A stretch of 64,000 nt of DNA from a plasmid, in sequence record NZ_CP067423.1, one strand, 5' to 3'. Position 1 is the stretch's first letter. The number at the start of each line of letters is the position of its first letter. The position numbers were made by a program, and so were the translations under genes. A model generated the notes under the pieces. It had not been told where the DNA came from. It saw only the letters and a list, made by a program, of their open reading frames with translations, and made no database searches. Below, in pieces: positions 17,429-26,884 of the stretch.

Positions 17429-18562
17429 TTACGTCTCCGGAAAAGGAATATCACTATTTATCTGAATTCGATAGATAGCGCCGGATCTCATCGTCAGTAC
17501 CGGCGGTCTCATTAATTCCCGGTTAACGTATTCACCGCCGACGCCTCGGATGCCCTGAGTGCCGACATTTACCGCGACACCGGCCGGCCCCTCGATCAAT
17601 CCACCCAAGGCGCCGACGAACGACAGCGCTCCCTCGATCAGGATGCCGGTGGCGATGCCGCTCCAGGGGTAGTCGCTCTCCGCCTCGACGCCGCTGGCGC
17701 CGTCCTGGCCGAGCGCCGGCGAACATGCCATCGGCATGATTCCACCCCCCAGCAGGTCGACCCGGGTGGCACACATCTGGACCCTCAGGTCGCCTCGGCT
17801 GACGCCGGTGGCGTTCAGCTCGGTCATGACGGTGCTGCCGGCGGGGATGGCCAGGCACTCCTCGACCTGACCGTTGCCCAGGAAAATCCGTCCAAAGGCG
17901 TCCTCGATGATGATGCCGCGCACCTGGCCGGGCAACTCGGTGCGAACCGGGTTCGGGTTCTGGATCACCAACTCCTCGCCCGCCTTCAGGATGCAGCCGG
18001 TCAGTTCGGGCTGCAGGCTGTGCGGGTGATAAAGGCCCTGGCCACTGCGACCACCGCCCCGAGTGTAGAAGTCAGACTTGGCGTTGCCGCCCTCGCCACC
18101 TGTCCCGGCTGCCACAGGTGTCGCTGCGACATCTCCGCTCCCCTGGGCCATGCTGCTACCGCCCAACAGCGGGTTCATCACGGCGCCCATGTGCTTGTTG
18201 TCGAACGCCAGAACCGACACCTTGAAGTTCCTGACCGGCTGCTTGCGTGGCACTTCGCTTCTCCGCTCCTGCCGGTGTCCGGGAGGCGGCGCTTGCTCGC
18301 CTGTTTCCGGTGGCGGTGTCTCGGCAACTTGCGGCCTGGGTTCGGGCGCCCGCGCGCTGATGGCCGCCGGCTCTAGACCCTTGGGCTCCTCGCGTTCCGA
18401 CTCGGTCGTGATCCCGGCCACGCCGTAGAGCATGGCGAGGACCGCAACGACGGAGGTTCCACCCAACAGCAGGGTCCGCTTGTTGAAGCGCCCGCTGTAT
18501 TCGCGGACAGGCTCCTCGATGCCATCCTCTCCGGGATGACGCTCCTTGTCGTAGCTTCTCAT
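17429..18562 (-). CDS. trbI: T4SS-2 VirB10/TrbI-like protein
   Basis: N-terminal TM (LLLGGTSVVAVLAMLYGVAG), Pro-rich linker (PEPRPQVAETPPPETGEQAPPP), and a C-terminal Gly-rich beta-barrel region. Position follows the trbG-like gene. Confidence 0.75.
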   Translation of the reverse strand: MRSYDKERHPGEDGIEEPVREYSGRFNKRTLLLGGTSVVAVLAMLYGVAGITTESEREEPKGLEPAAISARAPEPRPQVAETPPPETGEQAPPPGHRQERRSEVPRKQPVRNFKVSVLAFDNKHMGAVMNPLLGGSSMAQGSGDVAATPVAAGTGGEGGNAKSDFYTRGGGRSGQGLYHPHSLQPELTGCILKAGEELVIQNPNPVRTELPGQVRGIIIEDAFGRIFLGNGQVEECLAIPAGSTVMTELNATGVSRGDLRVQMCATRVDLLGGGIMPMACSPALGQDGASGVEAESDYPWSGIATGILIEGALSFVGALGGLIEGPAGVAVNVGTQGIRGVGGEYVNRELMRPPVLTMRSGAIYRIQINSDIPFPET

Positions 18563-19563
18563 CGTTCTCTCCGAACGGTCATGACGAGGTCACCGCGCAC
18601 GAACCGGACCTCTCCGGGCAGGCCGCGGATGACGTAGTGGCGAGAGGTGGGGTCGATCCAGAATGAGGGAGCCGATCCCCTGGGCAGGAACGGGACCGGC
18701 CGGCTGGATAGCCGGGCGGGCGGCAGGATGTAGGTATTGACGCCATCGTTGTAGGCCGACCACTCGCCGGGCAGGAATTCTGCAGGGCCGTGATAGACGT
18801 ACCGGGTATCCGAGACGGCGGTCGCGTCAGGCCTATGCACCGTAGCGGCTGTCACCCTCGGTTGATCGGACCCGTAGGTATGCTGGACGACCGGATGATA
18901 TGCTGCGTGGCACTTGCGGGGAGCGGCGTCCTCGGCCGGCTTACAGGACGGAACTACGAGATCGTAGAGGTACACCCTGCTGCCGGTAGCGATGGACAGC
19001 GATGTCCGCTCACCCTGTTTGTAGGCCTTGACGGTGACGATCAACCGGGCGCTGGCGGACTTCCTGTTGTTGGCCCGTTCCCGTTTGGCTCGCATGGACG
19101 TACCGTCGACGCCCCCGGCGGTCACCTCAACCATGAACCACTGCGGGTTTCCCAAGATAGCCTCCGGCGTGGCCTCGCCCGGCTCCAAGTAGAAGAGGGT
19201 CACATCGCTGTCGGTTTCCCCGTCGGCAGATGGGCCGTCCATGATAACCTGCTGTCGGACACCGTTCTGGAACGGGCAGGTCATGATTGATCCCTCGAAG
19301 CTGCAGTCCAGGGCGGTGCGCCGGGACCTCTTGACCATGGCCGCAGTCTTGGCGGCTGGCGACGTGAACTTCTTTTCCGGTTTGGCGGGCCCGGTCGCCA
19401 CACCACCAAAAGGCACGGGCACCTGCAGCGTGCCCGGCCCGGGAGGCTGAACCTCCTGGGCCTGGAGGTAGTCGTAAGTCAGTGACGGAGCATCACCCGA
19501 TGGACCGCCTGCGCAGCCCGCCAACACCACCCCCGCAACCGACATCAGCAGAAACTTACACAT
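18559..19563 (-). CDS. trbG: T4SS-2 VirB9/TrbG-like lipoprotein
   Basis: Lipoprotein signal MCKFLLMSVAGVVLAGC in a 334-aa product. Sits between the trbF-like and trbI-like genes and overlaps the trbI-like start by 4 bp. Confidence 0.7.
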   Translation of the reverse strand: MCKFLLMSVAGVVLAGCAGGPSGDAPSLTYDYLQAQEVQPPGPGTLQVPVPFGGVATGPAKPEKKFTSPAAKTAAMVKRSRRTALDCSFEGSIMTCPFQNGVRQQVIMDGPSADGETDSDVTLFYLEPGEATPEAILGNPQWFMVEVTAGGVDGTSMRAKRERANNRKSASARLIVTVKAYKQGERTSLSIATGSRVYLYDLVVPSCKPAEDAAPRKCHAAYHPVVQHTYGSDQPRVTAATVHRPDATAVSDTRYVYHGPAEFLPGEWSAYNDGVNTYILPPARLSSRPVPFLPRGSAPSFWIDPTSRHYVIRGLPGEVRFVRGDLVMTVRRER

Positions 19564-19628
19564 TTCCAGCCGTCCTCAATCGCGATTTATGGGCTGTATT
19601 ATATCCCATAAACAACCTCAGTTGAGCC

Positions 19629-20321
19629 TCACTCGGTGCCCAGGATTTCATAGTCGGTGATCAGGATGCCCATCGGGTTACAGTCCCGGATCTCGGCCGA
19701 GACGTTGGGGAACCGCTGCACCCGGAACTCCGCCGACTTCGGCACCACGGTCCTGCGCATGCCGTCGTCGAACGTCTCCGACCAAGCCGCGCTGATCCAC
19801 ATGCCCTCGGTGTTGCTGCGCTCGCCAGGGCGGCGCCCCACCCGCACATCTTTCTCCGACAGGATGCGCTTCTGGCCGCGGCGCACCATCTCGACGCCGG
19901 CAGATCGTTCGAACGACCGGTTGGCCTTGGTCGCGGCCGGGCCGGTGACGGAGCAGTACAGGGTGTCAATCATCTCCTGCACCTGGGCCGAGGAGTCGAT
20001 CCGACGCAGCCTGTAGACCAGGCGCTTGACCTCGGCGCGGGCCGCTGCCTCGAACTCATCAGCCTTCAGGTCGCCGGCCCTGATCACCTTGAGGGACGTG
20101 AAGTCGCTGTCGAGCAGAGCGGCGAACACTTCCGGCGGCGCCGCCGCGATCTGTTCGCGCTTGTAGACCTGAAAGCCGTTCAGCCCCAGGCTTGCCGCCA
20201 GGGCGAGGACCAGGGCGCGCAAGGCGCCCCGCTGCTGCTGGGCGAGCCATCCCGGGCGGAACGGCTTGGTTTGCTCGACGGTCGGCTCTGGCTGGGTGCG
20301 GCGCATGCGGATCTTGTCAAA
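19629..20321 (-). CDS. trbF: T4SS-2 VirB8/TrbF-like protein
   Basis: True start MFDKIRMRR (ATG at 20321; upstream ORF-track extension is Arg/His-rich junk). Short cytoplasmic N-terminus, one TM (ALRALVLALAASLGLNGF), then a periplasmic domain. Position after the trbL-like gene. Confidence 0.6.
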   Translation of the reverse strand, partial: FDKIRMRRTQPEPTVEQTKPFRPGWLAQQQRGALRALVLALAASLGLNGFQVYKREQIAAAPPEVFAALLDSDFTSLKVIRAGDLKADEFEAAARAEVKRLVYRLRRIDSSAQVQEMIDTLYCSVTGPAATKANRSFERSAGVEMVRRGQKRILSEKDVRVGRRPGERSNTEGMWISAAWSETFDDGMRRTVVPKSAEFRVQRFPNVSAEIRDCNPMGILITDYEILGTE

Positions 20322-20326
20322 CATTC

Positions 20327-21367
20327 TTATACTCTCCTGGATTGGCCGGCTGCGGCCTTGGCGACGCGGGACCAGTACTGGCTCTGAGCTGCGGCCGATG
20401 CCGTCGTCCTGGCGCCGCTGGCCACCCGTTGGGCGCCCTGGCCGATGCCGCGCCAGGTGCTCGTCATGTGCGTGACCTCGCGCTGCGCCAGGGAGCGCCC
20501 GCGCTCGACCATCGCCCCGGTGCCAGTGACGGACCTTGCGACGTTGCCGATGCCCCGGGTGATGGCCTGGGATGACAGCTGCGGCACGGCACTGATGATG
20601 CCGGCGGAAAGCGTTCGGGACTGCCAGGCCAGCCACGCGATGAACACGGCGAGCAGCACCGCCGGGATGATGTCGTCGAAGACCGGCGTTGGCGGCAGGT
20701 CCATCAGCTCGAATGCCCGCGAACCGATGCCGGCGACCATGGCGATGATGACCAGCTTGACCAGGTTGTTCAGCCAACCCTGGATCGCGCCCTCGGCCAT
20801 GTTCTTCGTGAACGGCGTCACGGCCATCGGCGTGAACAGCAGCATGAACAGGCCGTTGGTCTTATAGCCGATCGCCGTGGTCGCCATCTCGAACACCAGG
20901 AAGGCGAATGCCACGTAGATGAACAACGCCGCCAATTCCAGCATAAGCCTGTCGTCCAGGGTTTTGCCGCATTCGATCCACCCGGAGCACAGGGCCTGCT
21001 TCGTGGCCAGGATCTTGTCGGCCTGACCATCGCCGATGCCCCAGAGGGCGGATGGTGTGAACAGGTCCGCGGTCGCGCCATCGGCACCGACGATCCCGCC
21101 ACCGAGTGCCAGCGCGAAGTTGCCGGCAGCGTCGACGATTTCCTTGGCCGACCAGGCGATGGCCAGGAACAGCCAGAAGATCACGAACATCCCGATCAGG
21201 TCGCCGATGATGTTGTCCATGGCACCGGCCAGCCAGGCGAAGGCCAGCCGGGTGACGGCCCATCCGAACGCCAGGGCGAAGGTCGCCAGCACCACCGGCA
21301 TGATCAGCTCGAAGCCGGCGTCCAGGATGCCTAGGACCATGAAGAAAACTTCATCGACGACGCTCAT
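20327..21367 (-). CDS. trbL: T4SS-2 VirB6/TrbL-like polytopic membrane protein
   Basis: True start MSVVDEVFFMVLGILDAG (ATG at 21367). Five or more hydrophobic helices and a Gly/Ala/Gln-rich C-terminal tail as in TrbL. Confidence 0.75.
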   Translation of the reverse strand: MSVVDEVFFMVLGILDAGFELIMPVVLATFALAFGWAVTRLAFAWLAGAMDNIIGDLIGMFVIFWLFLAIAWSAKEIVDAAGNFALALGGGIVGADGATADLFTPSALWGIGDGQADKILATKQALCSGWIECGKTLDDRLMLELAALFIYVAFAFLVFEMATTAIGYKTNGLFMLLFTPMAVTPFTKNMAEGAIQGWLNNLVKLVIIAMVAGIGSRAFELMDLPPTPVFDDIIPAVLLAVFIAWLAWQSRTLSAGIISAVPQLSSQAITRGIGNVARSVTGTGAMVERGRSLAQREVTHMTSTWRGIGQGAQRVASGARTTASAAAQSQYWSRVAKAAAGQSRRV

Positions 21368-21591
21368 GGCGGATGCTTCTGGGTCAGGGTTTTCGGGTCC
21401 ACCTTGCGCTGGCCGCATTCGGGACAGTCGCCGAGGCCGCGGTACAGCCGATCGATCTTCTCCTGCGCCTGCTGTTCCTGGCGCCTGATTTCTTCCTGCA
21501 TGATCCGTAGCTCCTCGGCCGCAGGGTCGGGGTGCGGGGCGGGGCACAGCACGGTCAGGCCGATGCCGAGCAGGATTGCGCAGATGTCCAT
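21364..21591 (-). CDS. small secreted/lipoprotein-like protein in the trbK (entry-exclusion) slot
   Basis: 75 aa with signal-like MDICAILLGIGLTVLC followed by a charged coiled segment. Sits between the trbJ-like and trbL-like genes with overlapping stop/start. Confidence 0.4.
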   Translation of the reverse strand: MDICAILLGIGLTVLCPAPHPDPAAEELRIMQEEIRRQEQQAQEKIDRLYRGLGDCPECGQRKVDPKTLTQKHPP

Positions 21592-21600
21592 GTCGTCACC

Positions 21601-23544
21601 TCACTGGAAAAGAGCGCGACCGGTAGGAGTGCGGGGCTCAAGGGATCCCGGCCCATAGAGGCGCCGGACCTTCTGGTCCGCGATGATCTCCTGGACGCGC
21701 TGCTCCTCGGTCGTCCGGAGCATCGCCGTCGCCATCGCCGCATCACCGGCCTGCCTGGCGGCATCAACAGCGATCTGGGTGCGCAGCATCTGGGTCTGCG
21801 CCTGGATAGCCTGAGTCTGGCCGACTGCTCCCTGACTCAGCCCCAGGACCTCGTCAGACATGTCGAGAGCAGCATCGATGCTGGCCTGGGCCGCTGCCTG
21901 GGTGCGGGCAGCCTCGCGCGTGGCGTCGCTGGTCCTGGTGCGGACCTCGTCCATGTGCAGTCCGGCATCCTCGAAGGTCCAGCTTTCGGGCATGCCCTCC
22001 TGGTAGCGTTCCTGCATCACACCATCAGCATCGACTCCATAGAGATCGGGATCAATGCTGCCCAGCTGACGCCGGGCTGCCTCTTCGACGGTCGAGGCAC
22101 CGGCTGCGGCACTGGCACCAAGCCTCTGCGTCATCTTTCGCTGTTCGGCGAGCTGGCGCTGCTGGGCGGCGAGTTGCTTGCCCAGGCACAGGTTGCCGGC
22201 AATCGCGGTCATCTGCTGGGCGATCTGCGCCGTCAGCGTCGCCCGACCGCCCGAGAAAATCCCGCTGACCACCGATGCGGCGCCGCCGATCATCGCGCCG
22301 CCGATGTTGCACTTCACGGTCTCGACAGCGCTGTCGACGTAGTCCTCGATCGGCTGCAGCACGGTATCGACGGCGTCGCCGATGGTGTTGTTGACCGCGC
22401 TGGTCACCTGGCCAGTGGCCCGGTTGATGATCCGGTTGCCCTCACGCACGATGATGCCGCCGGAGACCAGGTCGTTCAGCCGGCGCACAGCACCGGCCTC
22501 GCCCCGTTCCACCGCCCGCCAGAACTGGTCGTCCGTGTTGTAGAAGTTGTCCGCCAAGCCGTCGACGTTGCGTTCAAACTGGCTATCCGTGCTGCCGTCC
22601 CAGGCCGAGGCTCCGGTGCCGCCGGCCACCCGGTTGTTTTCGATGGTGTTGTTCCGGCTGGTGATCGAGCCCGGCATATGGCTGTTCTGGCCGTTGCTGA
22701 TACCACCGCTGATGTTGTTGCCCTCGATGCGGTTGTTCTCGGCCGAGACCACCCGCACGTCGCCCCGGATGTCGTTGCCGGTGACGACGCTGTTCTCCGC
22801 CTCGTTATCCTGGAACTCGTCGGGGAACTGGTCCATCCGATTCAGCCGGCTGTTACCGTAGCCACCGACCGACACCGCCGTGTCGGCATCAATGTCGATG
22901 GTGTTGTTCACCAGCTGCACGCCGTCGCTGCCGGCCTTCCAGGTGATGCCTGCGAATCCGGCCTTGCCTTTGATCGTATTCCCTTCGTATCGGACGTTCC
23001 TGACCGAGACGTTGTCGATGGCCTCCTGGCGCCAGTGGCCGTCGATCGTATTGCCGGCCACCAGGACGGACTGCTGGTCGGTCGGGCTCATGTTGAACAG
23101 TTTGAAGCCGTCCTGCCCTTCGCCGGTAATCAGGTTGTTGGTGACCTTGAGGTTACCGATGTTCCCGTAAGACCCCCACAGCTTGAAGCCGCCGACGTCA
23201 CCGCCGCTTGGTGCGTCGGCGATCACGTGGAAACCGTCGATCTCCACGTTGGTGATGCGGTTGGCCTGCACGGCGGCCTGGTTGCGGCTGCCCCGGATCA
23301 CCGCGGCACCTTTGCCGTCGACAGAGAAGATTCGAATGGGTGCGCCCGGATCGCCGTGCAGGTTGCTCAGGTCCAGGCTGCCGTTATAGGTGCCGCTGTA
23401 GACGGCGACGGTGTCGCCCGCCCTGGCCGAACGGATCTTGGCCTCCAGGTTGTCTCCCGGCCTGACCTCGATCGTGGCAGCCAGCGCCGGTGTGCCGAGC
23501 ACCGTTCCCGCAAGCAACATCCCCGCGAAAACTCCTCGCCACAT
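21601..23544 (-). CDS. 647-aa secreted fusion protein: N-terminal right-handed parallel beta-helix (PbH1-type repeats) + C-terminal TrbJ/VirB5-like helical domain
   Basis: Start MWRGVFAGMLLAGTVLGTPALA (signal peptide). Repeated NNxI/GNxI turns (VTNNLITGEG, VAGNTIDGH, YEGNTIKGK, LVNNTIDID, IEGNNISGG, SRNNTIENNRVAGG). C-terminal ~270 aa are Q/A-rich helical. Occupies the trbJ slot between trbE and trbK/trbL. Confidence 0.7.
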   Translation of the reverse strand: MWRGVFAGMLLAGTVLGTPALAATIEVRPGDNLEAKIRSARAGDTVAVYSGTYNGSLDLSNLHGDPGAPIRIFSVDGKGAAVIRGSRNQAAVQANRITNVEIDGFHVIADAPSGGDVGGFKLWGSYGNIGNLKVTNNLITGEGQDGFKLFNMSPTDQQSVLVAGNTIDGHWRQEAIDNVSVRNVRYEGNTIKGKAGFAGITWKAGSDGVQLVNNTIDIDADTAVSVGGYGNSRLNRMDQFPDEFQDNEAENSVVTGNDIRGDVRVVSAENNRIEGNNISGGISNGQNSHMPGSITSRNNTIENNRVAGGTGASAWDGSTDSQFERNVDGLADNFYNTDDQFWRAVERGEAGAVRRLNDLVSGGIIVREGNRIINRATGQVTSAVNNTIGDAVDTVLQPIEDYVDSAVETVKCNIGGAMIGGAASVVSGIFSGGRATLTAQIAQQMTAIAGNLCLGKQLAAQQRQLAEQRKMTQRLGASAAAGASTVEEAARRQLGSIDPDLYGVDADGVMQERYQEGMPESWTFEDAGLHMDEVRTRTSDATREAARTQAAAQASIDAALDMSDEVLGLSQGAVGQTQAIQAQTQMLRTQIAVDAARQAGDAAMATAMLRTTEEQRVQEIIADQKVRRLYGPGSLEPRTPTGRALFQ

Positions 23545-23825
23545 CACACCTCTCCTTTGTGCCGTATACAGGATATGAGAGATCCCATAATTGCCCGCCC
23601 CGCATAGCCCACCGCGATCAGCGCTCCACCGAGGCTCACCAGCAGCGTCAATGACCGCCACGGCTGGGGCAGGTCGGCGGTTAACCACCTGACCAGCGGC
23701 ACCCCTTCGGTCAGGATCAGGACCCCGATGCCGAGAAGGGCCAGGGAGCCGGCGACGCCGATGGCCAACCCGGGAAGCAGGTAAACCATGGACCGTTTCA
23801 GGATCTCGGCGGGATACCCGTTCAT
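23544..23825 (-). CDS. small two-TM membrane protein of unknown function between trbE-like and trbJ-like genes
   Basis: 93 aa with two hydrophobic helices (LLPGLAIGVAGSLALLGIGVLIL; LTLLVSLGGALIAVGYAG), translationally coupled on both sides. Confidence 0.4.
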   Translation of the reverse strand: MNGYPAEILKRSMVYLLPGLAIGVAGSLALLGIGVLILTEGVPLVRWLTADLPQPWRSLTLLVSLGGALIAVGYAGRAIMGSLISCIRHKGEV

Positions 23826-26275
23826 TCTGCGGCCCTCAGTATGGTTTCGGGTTCATCGCCCAGGAGCGGACCGACGTCGACGCCGTGCTCTGCCATCCAA
23901 CTGGTCAGGAAGTCGCCGCCCCGGCGCTCGACCTGGCGGGCGTGCTGGTAATGGTGATCGTCGGTCTGGAGCACCATGGCCGAGGCGATCGGGGAGCCGA
24001 GGTCGAAGGTCACCACCGCTTTCCCGACGCCGGGCCGGTGGACGAAGTATTCACCGGCCTGCGCCATGCCAGCGATCACCTCGGCATCGTGCTGGCTCAG
24101 TTTCAGCTCTCCCAGGACCTGCAGACCCTCGGTGGTGGTCACCGCGGTGTCCTGCACGTAGATTTGGGTCGGGCACGAATTGAGGATGATGTGCGAGATG
24201 TCCGACCTGGACAGGTCGAGGACCGACTGGGTGGCGAAGACAACCTGGGTCTTGAGCTTGCGGTATGTCCGGAGACCCCAGCCAAGCCCCTTCACGAACC
24301 CGCCCGCGACATAGGCACTGGCCTCGTCGAGCTGGAGCATCAGCGGCCGGCGCGAGCTGGACAGCCGCATGATGTGCCGCCACAGGTAGGAGATCAGGGC
24401 CGGCGCCGCCACGGCCTCGTCGTCGTCCGTGATGGCTGAAAGTTCAAAGTTGATCCAGTCGGCCTCGTAACTGCGATTGTCAACGGCATCGAAGATGTAG
24501 CCGAGCGGACCGTCGTGAGTGTAGATCCGCATCGCCTTGGCCGCGTCCTCCGACGGCACGTTCAGGCAGAACGTTGTCATGGTCCGGTCGTCCGGTGGCA
24601 TCCGCGCCATGATCCGGAGCGCAGCGTCGACTGCCTGGGAGATGTCGGAGTTGTCGGCCGCGGCGCCGATCTGCTGGCGGATGCGCGCCAGCGTCCAGGA
24701 ATGCGCCCAGGCTCTGTCGGTAGGCTTGTCGATCTGGCGGTAAGGCTGCACGCCGCAACCCTGCTCGCCGATGTTGAAGGTCACCCCACCAACCAGCTTG
24801 GCCGCGACATAGCCGGAGCGGCCGGACTCGACCCGCATGACACGACCACCGGGGACGGCGGTGATGTGCCCGAGGCCCAGGGCATTGAGACCTGATGTTT
24901 TGCCGCCGCCCGTGCCGCCGCACAGGAAGCAGTGCCGGGTGGCCCCGTCGATGTGCAGCGACAACGCGAACCGGCTGGTCGAGCTGGTCCGGCCATGGAG
25001 GAGGATCGGACTCTTGGTTGACCCTAGATCTCCGGCCCAGGCCTTGGTCAGCGGCGCGGTGACCGCGGCGGCCAGCAGGTTGACGCCGGGTCGCACGAAG
25101 TCGACGTCGGTCTTGCCGGGGATCGCCCCCAGGACGCAGTCGTGAGTCGTCAGGTCGTTGATCTCGACCCCGAACCCGTGGTCGAGCAGGAATTCCTCAA
25201 TCTTGCCGGCCTGCGTCTTCGCCTCGCCCCGGTCCTCGTGGTAGACCAGGACGTTGTCCGTGGTCTGGCACCGGAGCACGCCGCCCCGCTGCAACTCCAG
25301 CAGCATGGCGTCGGTTTCCTCCAGGGTGACGGTCGCAGCCTTGTTGTTCAGCGGGCTCAACGCATCCTTCTGGAACTGGCGCATCACCTGGAGCAGCATG
25401 CTTTCCTGGGTCAGCGCCGCCTTGCGGACCAGCCACTCCAGCTCACGCACGGACTCGGCCTTGGACTGGGTCCGGATACGCTTAACCCGACGGATGCGGT
25501 AGCCCAGCTCGGACAGGCCGTTGAACGTGTCGTTACCGAAGTCCAGGGCGCCGGCTTCTATGCTCCGCGGATAGGTGTTGATCTGGACGGACCGCACGTT
25601 GAGGCGGTTGTGCTCATGACCCAGCCACAGCGGGCGACCGCCGGTCAGGGGGCTGTCGATCAGCTGCGGCGCCAGGAACTCGTAAGGATCGATCGAGATC
25701 GGCCTGTCGTTGACGGAGATGGTCGACCGCAGGTACGTGGCTAGGTCATCGCCTTCCAGAACCTCCGCCCCCACGAAGCGCAGGAGTGCGGCCATCCGGT
25801 CCACCGACCGGACGTAGTCGTCGAACATCGGGCCGTAATCGCCCCGGGTCTCGCCCGGCTCCGGCAACAGCAGGGCATTACGCAGCCTCACCGCCAGCCC
25901 GGCCGGTGGATTGTGCCGTACGGAAACATAATGCCGGCTGCCGAAGTGAGTGCCGTCGCCATGCACCGCGGTCCGGTCGATACCGTAGAGGCGGGCCGCT
26001 CGGTTCTCCGTCGTCTGAACCTGGATACCAGGGAGCGGACCACGCCGCTCCTCGACCCAGATCCACTTTCCACCGCCCAGGGTCTGCAAGGCCACCGCGA
26101 ACCGGGCAGCATGGCGCAAACGCTGCTCATCGCTGGCCGTGGACAGGTCCGGTGGTGCCAGTGCCATGGCCATCAGCCAGCCGAACTGGCTGCACGCCAC
26201 GACGCGCGGCCGACCCGCATGCGGCAGCATGGTCAGCCAGGGCACCTCGTCGCGCAGGTAACGCTTCCTTGTCAT
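23822..26275 (-). CDS. trbE: T4SS-2 VirB4/TrbE-like ATPase
   Basis: Walker A CGGTGGGKTSGL and Walker B-like MLQLDEASAY in an ~817-aa product starting MTRKRYLRDEVPW. Follows the trbD-like gene with 1-bp overlap. Confidence 0.9.
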   Translation of the reverse strand: MTRKRYLRDEVPWLTMLPHAGRPRVVACSQFGWLMAMALAPPDLSTASDEQRLRHAARFAVALQTLGGGKWIWVEERRGPLPGIQVQTTENRAARLYGIDRTAVHGDGTHFGSRHYVSVRHNPPAGLAVRLRNALLLPEPGETRGDYGPMFDDYVRSVDRMAALLRFVGAEVLEGDDLATYLRSTISVNDRPISIDPYEFLAPQLIDSPLTGGRPLWLGHEHNRLNVRSVQINTYPRSIEAGALDFGNDTFNGLSELGYRIRRVKRIRTQSKAESVRELEWLVRKAALTQESMLLQVMRQFQKDALSPLNNKAATVTLEETDAMLLELQRGGVLRCQTTDNVLVYHEDRGEAKTQAGKIEEFLLDHGFGVEINDLTTHDCVLGAIPGKTDVDFVRPGVNLLAAAVTAPLTKAWAGDLGSTKSPILLHGRTSSTSRFALSLHIDGATRHCFLCGGTGGGKTSGLNALGLGHITAVPGGRVMRVESGRSGYVAAKLVGGVTFNIGEQGCGVQPYRQIDKPTDRAWAHSWTLARIRQQIGAAADNSDISQAVDAALRIMARMPPDDRTMTTFCLNVPSEDAAKAMRIYTHDGPLGYIFDAVDNRSYEADWINFELSAITDDDEAVAAPALISYLWRHIMRLSSSRRPLMLQLDEASAYVAGGFVKGLGWGLRTYRKLKTQVVFATQSVLDLSRSDISHIILNSCPTQIYVQDTAVTTTEGLQVLGELKLSQHDAEVIAGMAQAGEYFVHRPGVGKAVVTFDLGSPIASAMVLQTDDHHYQHARQVERRGGDFLTSWMAEHGVDVGPLLGDEPETILRAAE

Positions 26276-26276
26276 G

Positions 26277-26582
26277 TCAGGTCTCCAAGTCAGTGCGACG
26301 GCGCAGAGCGCGCACGGCAAAGCGCAAGAGGTTTTCCTGATAGAAGGGATTGTCCTTGGCCAGCATGACGCCGCCGTACCACATCGCGCCCGTGCCCAGG
26401 CACAGCACGACGATCACGGAGATGATGTTCCGGCCGCTGGGGGTGACGGCATACATCGTGAAAACCGTCCCGCAGATCCACCACAGGGCGATTACCAGGA
26501 CCGTCGAGAGTCGGCAGCTCCCCGGCATGTAAGGATGCTGTCCACTCCGTCGGATCTCGATGCCGTAATCCAGCGACGCCAT
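26277..26582 (-). CDS. trbD: T4SS-2 VirB3/TrbD-like protein
   Basis: 101 aa with two TMs (LSTVLVIALWWICGTVFTMYAV; IISVIVVLCLGTGAMWYGGVML), between the pilin and trbE-like genes. Confidence 0.65.
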   Translation of the reverse strand: MASLDYGIEIRRSGQHPYMPGSCRLSTVLVIALWWICGTVFTMYAVTPSGRNIISVIVVLCLGTGAMWYGGVMLAKDNPFYQENLLRFAVRALRRRTDLET

Positions 26583-26884
26583 CAGGCCCCGCCGAGGCCC
26601 AGGACGTATTCGGCCAGCAGCGGCACGCCACCGATGAAGGCGCCGATCGCGGCACCGACGATGGCCTTGCCGATGCCGCGGCCGGGATCTCCGACCATGG
26701 CACCGAGCAGGGCGCCGATGATGGCCAGGCCGACAATCATCAACCCGACGTTCTGGATCATGAAGTCCCAGATGTCCTGGGTGAACGTCTCGATGCCGTT
26801 GGCAGGGATCTGCGCCAGGGCAGGGCCGGCGAAAGCAGTCAGGCCCAGGACGATGGCGGCGGAAAGGGACTGGTTCGTCTTCAT
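26582..26884 (-). CDS. trbC: T4SS-2 VirB2/TrbC-like pilin precursor
   Basis: 100 aa: signal peptide MKTNQSLSAAIVLGLTAFAGPALA, then two hydrophobic segments with Gly-rich packing (GLMIVGLAIIGALLGAMVG...AIVGAAIGAFIGGV). Confidence 0.7.
   Translation of the reverse strand: MKTNQSLSAAIVLGLTAFAGPALAQIPANGIETFTQDIWDFMIQNVGLMIVGLAIIGALLGAMVGDPGRGIGKAIVGAAIGAFIGGVPLLAEYVLGLGGA

Noticed and set aside
21532-23607. 691-aa plus-strand ORF
   Set aside because: Antisense to the beta-helix::TrbJ gene. Composition is Gly/Ala/Asp/Val-rich low complexity typical of high-GC shadow ORFs.
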